Assembly (NCBI GenBank): GCA_964577555.1 | Contig: CAZNZM010000002.1 | Location: 33,012-65,011, forward strand | Direction: 5' to 3' | Length of the DNA: 32,000 bases | Source of the DNA: an uncultured archaeon | Lineage (GTDB): Archaea; Iainarchaeota; Iainarchaeia; Iainarchaeales; Iainarchaeaceae | In this document: piece by piece, positions 27,129 to 32,000 of the stretch | Position numbering within the stretch: position 1 is the first letter of the stretch | Layout: every line of letters starts with the position of its first letter | Notes under the pieces: model-generated | Told to the model about the DNA's origin: nothing | What the model saw: only the letters and a program-made list of their open reading frames with translations | The model's database searches: none | Made by a program: the position numbers and the translations under genes

Positions 27129-27201
27129 TGGGCCCGGCAGGAATTGAACCTGCTACCTCCACCGTGTCAAGGTGACGTCATAACCGATAGACCACGGGCC
27201 C
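27129..27201 (-). tRNA. tRNA-Val(GAC), with CCA encoded at 27126-27128
   Basis: Reverse complement GGGCCCGTGGTCTATCGGTTATGACGTCACCTTGACACGGTGGAGGTAGCAGGTTCAATTCCTGCCGGGCCCA; anticodon loop TTGACAC; perfect 7-bp acceptor. Confidence 0.93.
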
Positions 27202-27285
27202 AACAAGTTTTCGTTATTGAATTGGCTTAAATAATATTAAAAAGGTTGATTTTTTCTTTTCATTTGATGTTTTTTTTGAGTTTTT

Positions 27286-28317
27286 TTAGTTTAAAAATTT
27301 TGTTTGGTGGCAACTAAGCGTTTCTTTTTTTTGGGTTGTTTTGACAATTTTTTGTTTTTCTGTTTTGTTTAATTTTTTTAATTGTTTGCAGGTTCCGCAT
27401 ATTTCGCCGTTGCATGGTTCGCCGCATATTATGCATTCTTTGAACTTTGCTTCTTTTTCTTTTTCTATTTTTTTGAGCAGTGGCTTTAATTGTTTGTGTG
27501 CTTCAAGTATTTTGAATTTTGTTCCGGGAAAATTGTTTTCCAGTTCGTTTAGCATTTGTCTGTAATAATTTCTTTTAGCCATCCAAGAGTATGGGCAACA
27601 TTCTTGGCTGTAATATTCTATTCTTTTCATGTTTGCGTATGCTATTATTTCTTTTTCTGGAGTTTCGTAGAGTGGTTTTATTCTTGGAACCAGTTTTTTG
27701 TTTTTTCTTTGTCCTGTTGTTTCTCCGCTTCGTGCAATTCTTGTCAAGTCGTTGTCTGTAATGCTCATTATTATGCTTTGGACTTCGTCGTCTAGGTTGT
27801 GTCCTGTTGCGAGTTTGTCAGCGCCTATTTCTGTTGCTTTTTCGTTTAGTATTTTTCTTCTAAAAACCCCGCAGAATGAACATGTGCTTCCAAGCGATTT
27901 GTCTTTTGTTATTTTTTCCATTGTTTCGTGCATGTCAATTCCTATTTCTTTTTCAAATTTTGCGATTTGGTATTCTATGTTGTTTTTGTCGCAGTATCTT
28001 TTTGCGATTTCTATTGCCTTGTCTCTGTATCCTTTTATTCCTTCGTCAATCATTATTGCTGTTATTTTATTGTGTTTTGTTTTTCCGAATAGTTCGTTCA
28101 GTATGTGTAGCGTTACCATTGAGTCTTTTCCTCCTGATACTCCTACTGCTATTTTTTCTCCGTATTTTAGCATGCCTTCTTTGGCAGTGGTTTTTTTTAT
28201 TCTTTTTTCAAATAGTTCGATGAAGTGCTTTTTGCACAAGTTGTGTGGCCCGTATGGCAAGACTATTGTTGTCTGTTCATTGCATCTGTCGCATTTGTTG
28301 TTTATTTTCAGTTCCAT
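27286..28317 (-). CDS. tRNA 2-thiolation ATP-pyrophosphatase (NcsA/TtuA/Ncs6-like)
   Basis: N-terminal zinc motif CDRC...CKKH, PP-loop SGGKDSMVTLHIL, CSFCGVFRRKILN, TGHNLDDEVQS, ECCPYS, C-terminal zinc ribbon CIICGEPC...CGTC. Confidence 0.93.
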   Translation of the reverse strand: MELKINNKCDRCNEQTTIVLPYGPHNLCKKHFIELFEKRIKKTTAKEGMLKYGEKIAVGVSGGKDSMVTLHILNELFGKTKHNKITAIMIDEGIKGYRDKAIEIAKRYCDKNNIEYQIAKFEKEIGIDMHETMEKITKDKSLGSTCSFCGVFRRKILNEKATEIGADKLATGHNLDDEVQSIIMSITDNDLTRIARSGETTGQRKNKKLVPRIKPLYETPEKEIIAYANMKRIEYYSQECCPYSWMAKRNYYRQMLNELENNFPGTKFKILEAHKQLKPLLKKIEKEKEAKFKECIICGEPCNGEICGTCKQLKKLNKTEKQKIVKTTQKKETLSCHQTKFLN

Positions 28318-28470
28318 TATTTAGAATTTTGTTTAAAAGGTTTTAAAATACTCGGGTAATTGGGTGTTCATTTTTAAATATTTTTCACTATTGTTTTCAA
28401 AATAAGTTTTATATTACTTCTCTATAAGGATTAATTGTCTAAAAGAGGATTTTTTTGTGAAGTGGTTTCA

Positions 28471-29076
28471 ATGAGTTTTTCAAAACATGTTTCAAGTACT
28501 TTCCAAAAAGAGTTCAAGAAGTCTAGAAAGGATGGCGCTTATAATTATGCCGCAATTTTTAGAAATAGGGTTATTGAGCAAAGAAAGAAGGGTGTTGCTG
28601 TTGTTAGGCTTGACGGTCCTACAAATATTCCGAGGGCTCGTTCTTTGGGTTATAAGGCTAAACAAGGTGTTTTTGTTGTATTGGTTAGGGTTAGGAAGGG
28701 TTCTGGGCTTAAAAGGAGGCCTTCTAGTGGAAGAAAGCCAAAGCAAATGGGTATTTCAAAGCTAACTAGGAGGATTTCAAGGCAGTCAATGGCTGAAATT
28801 AAGGCTTCTGCCAAATATCCTAATTGTGAAGTGTTGAATAGTTATTGGGTTGGCGAGGATGGTTTGAATACTTTTTATGAAGTCATTTTAGTTGATACAA
28901 ATAGTCCTTCTGTTAAGTCTGATAAGTCTTTAAAGTGGATTTCTTCTGGTAAGCATAGGGGCAGAGCAGAGCGTGGAAAGACTTCTAGTGCAAGAAAAAG
29001 CAGGGGTTTGAAGCGTGGAAAAGGGCATGAAAAAAATTTTCCTAGTTTGAGGGCCAAGCATAGGCTTGCAAAGTGA
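28471..29076 (+). CDS. rpl15e: Large-subunit ribosomal protein L15e
   Basis: RARSLGYKAKQGVFVVLVRVRKGSGLKRRPSSGRKPK... and GKHRGRAERGKTSSARKSRGLKRGKGHEKNFPSLRAKHRL. Start placed at MSFSKHVSS; the track start at 28435 is an extension. Confidence 0.95.
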   Translation: MSFSKHVSSTFQKEFKKSRKDGAYNYAAIFRNRVIEQRKKGVAVVRLDGPTNIPRARSLGYKAKQGVFVVLVRVRKGSGLKRRPSSGRKPKQMGISKLTRRISRQSMAEIKASAKYPNCEVLNSYWVGEDGLNTFYEVILVDTNSPSVKSDKSLKWISSGKHRGRAERGKTSSARKSRGLKRGKGHEKNFPSLRAKHRLAK

Positions 29077-29116
29077 ATTTATTGCTATTTAATATTTTTT
29101 GTCTTAATTTTTATTC

Positions 29117-29725
29117 ATGCTTGATTTGACATTTGGTTATTGTCCTGTTTCGGGGTTGGCTTCAAAGCTTAATGTGAAGGCTTTTGTTGTTGCCGGTTTT
29201 TTCAAAAAAGATTTGCCGAAATCAAGTGATTTTGATTTTTATTCGTGCAGTGTTTTTTCAAAGCCTGATTTTTCTGGTTTGAAGAAATCAAGGCTTTTAT
29301 CAGATTTTGTTGCTGTTGATGGTTGTTCTCCTGAATTGTGTGCTTGGGCTGCCAATTCCAAAGTTGATTTGCTTCTTCAGCCTTTTAGCGTTGAAGGAAA
29401 TTTTGTTGATTCTGAAACCGCAGGTATTTTGTCTCGAAATAATGTTTTTGTCGGCATTTTGTTTTCCGAATTTTTGAAGTTGAATGGTTATCAAAGGCAG
29501 TTGTTGTTGAAAAATGCGGTTCAGTGTATTAAGGTTCTTGAAAATGCAGGTGTAAAAATAGTTTTTTTTTCAGGTGCTGAAAACGAGTTTCAATTGCGCT
29601 CTCCTCGTGATTTTTCTTCTTTTGGAGTTTTGTTGGGTTTGAAGCGTGAAAGTGCTTTGAGGTGCGTGAAGCAAAATTTGAGTTTGTTTTTGGGGCGATT
29701 GCATGAGGGTTCCAAGTCAAATTGA
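29117..29725 (+). CDS. rnp3: RNase P protein component 3 (Rpp30-like)
   Basis: GILFSEFLKLNGYQRQLLLKNAVQCIKVLENAGVKIVFFSGAENEFQLRSPRDFSSFGVLLGL plus position between L15e and Pop5. Confidence 0.85.
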   Translation: MLDLTFGYCPVSGLASKLNVKAFVVAGFFKKDLPKSSDFDFYSCSVFSKPDFSGLKKSRLLSDFVAVDGCSPELCAWAANSKVDLLLQPFSVEGNFVDSETAGILSRNNVFVGILFSEFLKLNGYQRQLLLKNAVQCIKVLENAGVKIVFFSGAENEFQLRSPRDFSSFGVLLGLKRESALRCVKQNLSLFLGRLHEGSKSN

Positions 29726-30245
29726 ATGCGAAGAGTTATTGAAAAAATACGCTGTGCCTGAGAATATTATTGCTCATACTGCTATGGTTAGAAAGGTTGC
29801 GAATTTTCTTGCTTTAAAAATTTCAATGAGGGGTGTAAAAGTTGATTTGGAAGCTGTTGACAAAGGTGCGTTGCTTCATGATTTGATGAAAATGTATTGT
29901 ATAAAGAACGGTTGCAGGCATGCTGCAGAGGCTGAGAAGGTTCTGGCTGGTTTGGGTTATCGTGAATTCGGGTTTTTGTTGAAGTTACATGGCCTTGAAG
30001 AAGTTAATTATTTTGACGATAATACTCCTATAGAAGCTAAAATAATTTGGTATGCTGATAAAAGGGTTAATCATGATAAAGTGGTTTCTATGGATCAGCG
30101 GTATGAGTATTTGAAGGAGCGTTATGGTTCTATTTCAAAGGGAAAGATGGATGAAATAATTGGAACTGAAAAGAATTCAAAAAGGTTGGAAAAAGAATTG
30201 CTTGGTTTGGCAGGTGTTAACGAATCTTTGGAGGGTTTGTTGTGA
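29703..30245 (+). CDS. HD-domain phosphohydrolase
   Basis: IIAHTAMVRKVANFLAL...KGALLHDLMKMY...HAAEAEKVL...WYADKRVNHDKVVS: HD pattern. Overlaps rnp3. Confidence 0.85.
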   Translation: MRVPSQIECEELLKKYAVPENIIAHTAMVRKVANFLALKISMRGVKVDLEAVDKGALLHDLMKMYCIKNGCRHAAEAEKVLAGLGYREFGFLLKLHGLEEVNYFDDNTPIEAKIIWYADKRVNHDKVVSMDQRYEYLKERYGSISKGKMDEIIGTEKNSKRLEKELLGLAGVNESLEGLL

Positions 30246-30583
30246 CAAAAGTTAAGAAGTTTGTTAATCCTATTCCAAGGGTTTTGCGTGGCAAGAAAAG
30301 GTATTTAAAATTTGCTTTTTTGTCTTTAAAAAGTTTTTCCGAAAAATCTGTTTGGTCTTCTGTCATGAGTGTTTTTTTTCAGCTTTTTGGCGAGGTTGGT
30401 TTGGCAAATCAGAAGCTTTGGTTTGTGTCTTGGAATCAGGATAAATGTGAAGGTATTATTCGCTGTAGCCATGATTCGGTTGAGCATGTAAAAGCCGGTT
30501 TGTTGTTTGTGCAGGAAATTGATAGTGATAAGGTAATTCCTGTTTTGCTTAAGGTTTCTGGTTCTATTAAGAAGTTGAAGTGA
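30242..30583 (+). CDS. rnp2: RNase P protein component 2 (Pop5-like)
   Basis: 113 aa; RGKKRYLKFAFLS...KLWFVSWNQDKCEGIIRCSHDSVEHVKAGLLFVQ. Confidence 0.87.
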   Translation: MTKVKKFVNPIPRVLRGKKRYLKFAFLSLKSFSEKSVWSSVMSVFFQLFGEVGLANQKLWFVSWNQDKCEGIIRCSHDSVEHVKAGLLFVQEIDSDKVIPVLLKVSGSIKKLK

Positions 30584-30628
30584 TTTTTTTTGGTTATTAT
30601 TATTTTTTTGGTTTTTTTGAAAGTATTA

Positions 30629-30636
30629 TTTATATA
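30629..30636 (+). promoter_or_regulatory. Putative archaeal TATA box for psmA
   Basis: tttatata about 48 nt upstream of the psmA start; consistent with an archaeal promoter and a short leader. Confidence 0.55.
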
Positions 30637-30683
30637 CCTTACTATAATGAAATAGTATTGTTTTTCGAAGAGAGTGATTTGTT

Positions 30684-31406
30684 TTGTATCCAAGTTCTCA
30701 GCCTGCAAACTATGATCGTGCAGCCACGATGTTTTCGCCTGATGGAAGGCTTTATCAGGTGGAGTATGCATCTAAAATAGTTTCGCAAGGCACTATGGGT
30801 GTTGCTTGTAAGTTTTCTGATGGTGTTGTTTTTGCTGCTGATAAGAAGATAACCAGCAGGCTTTTGATTCCCGACTCTGTTGAGAAAATTTTTCCTATTG
30901 ATGATCATATTATTGCGGTTTCTGCGGGGCTTGTTGGTGATGCCAGGCGTCTTATTGGCATTGCTAGGCAGAAGGCTCAAGAGAATAGGATTTATTATGA
31001 TAGTGAGATTCAAATAGAGACTCTTGTTAAGGAAGTTTCAAACATAAAACAGCTTTATACTCAATATGGCGGTATGAGGCCTTTTGGCATTTCATTTATT
31101 GTTGGAGGTGTTGATAGTACTGGCAAGCGTCTTTTTGAAACAGAGCCTTCTGGTGCTCTTGCCGAATATCATGCAATTGCCATAGGCAAAAACAGGAATA
31201 AAGCCATGGATTTTTTTGAAAAGGAATATAAGGAGAATCTTTCAAGGGATGCTGGGGTAAGGCTTTTGCTTAAAGCTCTTGAGTTTGGGCTTGACGAGAA
31301 GGAGAAGCTTGACATTAAAAGGGTTCAAGTAATGTATGTTGATTCTTCAAAAAAGTTTACTTCCATATCCCAAGAAGAGCTTAAGTTAATAATTTCAAAA
31401 CAATGA
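30684..31406 (+). CDS. psmA: Proteasome alpha subunit
   Basis: YDRAATMFSPDGRLYQVEYASKIVSQGTMGVACKFSDGVVFAADKK; TTG start. Confidence 0.96.
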   Translation: MYPSSQPANYDRAATMFSPDGRLYQVEYASKIVSQGTMGVACKFSDGVVFAADKKITSRLLIPDSVEKIFPIDDHIIAVSAGLVGDARRLIGIARQKAQENRIYYDSEIQIETLVKEVSNIKQLYTQYGGMRPFGISFIVGGVDSTGKRLFETEPSGALAEYHAIAIGKNRNKAMDFFEKEYKENLSRDAGVRLLLKALEFGLDEKEKLDIKRVQVMYVDSSKKFTSISQEELKLIISKQ

Positions 31407-31449
31407 GTTTTGATTGAATTTGTTTTTTTTAGGGAAAAGGTAATTTAAA

Positions 31450-32000
31450 ATGGTAAGGGTAGAGGATGCGGTAATTGCTCGGTTTGAACATTCTGGGGAG
31501 AGATTTGAAATACTTGTAGATCCCAACCTTGCAATGGATTTGAAGCATGGCAAAGATGTTGATTTTGATGATCTTTTAGCCATTGATTCTATTTTCAAGG
31601 ATGCGCATAAGGGCGAGGTTAAGAGTGAGGAGTCTTTGAGAAAGGTTTTTGGAACCACTAATGTTTATGATGTTGCGAGGCGTATTATACTTGAAGGCGA
31701 GGTGCAATTGACAACTCAACAAAGGAAGGAGATTGCCGATAGGAAAAGAAAGGAGATAATTAATTTTATTTCAAGAAACGCTATGAATCCACAGACAAAG
31801 GCTCCGCATCCTGCCCAAAGAATTGAGGCTGCTCTTAATGAGCTTAAATTTAATGTTGATATAAATAAGCCTACTCAGGAGTTGGTGCAAGAGGCTCTTA
31901 AAGGCATTAGAAAGTTGCTTCCTATTTCAATGGATAAGCTTAATATTGCGGTAAAAATTCCTGCTGAGTTTTCAGGCAAGGCTTCTGTTATTTTGCATAA
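31450..32000 (+). CDS. Ribosome maturation protein SBDS/Sdo1, truncated at window end
   Basis: ATG at 31450; MVRVEDAVIARFEHSGERFEILVDPNLAMDLKHGK...VYDVARRIILEGEVQLTTQQRKEIADRKRKEIINFISRNAMNPQTKAPHPAQRIEAAL. Not listed in the ORF track because it runs off the edge. Confidence 0.95.
   Translation, partial: MVRVEDAVIARFEHSGERFEILVDPNLAMDLKHGKDVDFDDLLAIDSIFKDAHKGEVKSEESLRKVFGTTNVYDVARRIILEGEVQLTTQQRKEIADRKRKEIINFISRNAMNPQTKAPHPAQRIEAALNELKFNVDINKPTQELVQEALKGIRKLLPISMDKLNIAVKIPAEFSGKASVILH

Noticed and set aside
1-32000. Mobile element, prophage or defence island
   Set aside because: No transposase, integrase, restriction, toxin-antitoxin or phage-structural gene could be recognised on either strand.

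Overview
The window reads as a chromosomal segment of an archaeon, possibly a DPANN-type lineage (taxonomy is inference). Most of it is core information-processing DNA. Recognisable genes are Topo VI A/B, a Dim2/Pno1-like KH protein, RIO1, aIF1A, DUF424, aIF2-beta, MCM, aIF5A, an Sm-like protein, NcsA/TtuA-like, L15e, two RNase P proteins, proteasome alpha and SBDS. Metabolic and membrane genes are an ADP-forming acyl-CoA synthetase alpha-like protein, PEP synthase, a CaCA exchanger, a VTT/DedA protein, a presenilin-like protease and a YggS-like protein. There are two tRNAs: Ala(GGC) with a probable BHB intron, and Val(GAC). I see no CRISPR array, transposon or phage module. The items most worth a second look are: (1) a dispersed family of long T-rich spacers carrying a recurrent GCGAGCC core, always on the + strand, with a 49-bp exact copy shared by two loci about 10.7 kb apart; (2) a bacterial-type MetRS whose C-terminus looks like a PheRS-type B3/B4 (COG3382-like) domain; (3) a compact NYN nuclease - DUF2226-like - roadblock-like(?) - MinD-like ATPase - Sm-like cluster; (4) an HD-domain gene inserted in the RNase P/proteasome/SBDS superoperon; (5) a 108-aa membrane protein with an HELMH motif and a strong Shine-Dalgarno; (6) a long coiled-coil protein with a UBA-like N-terminus. 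No computation or database search was run; family calls are from recognised motifs.
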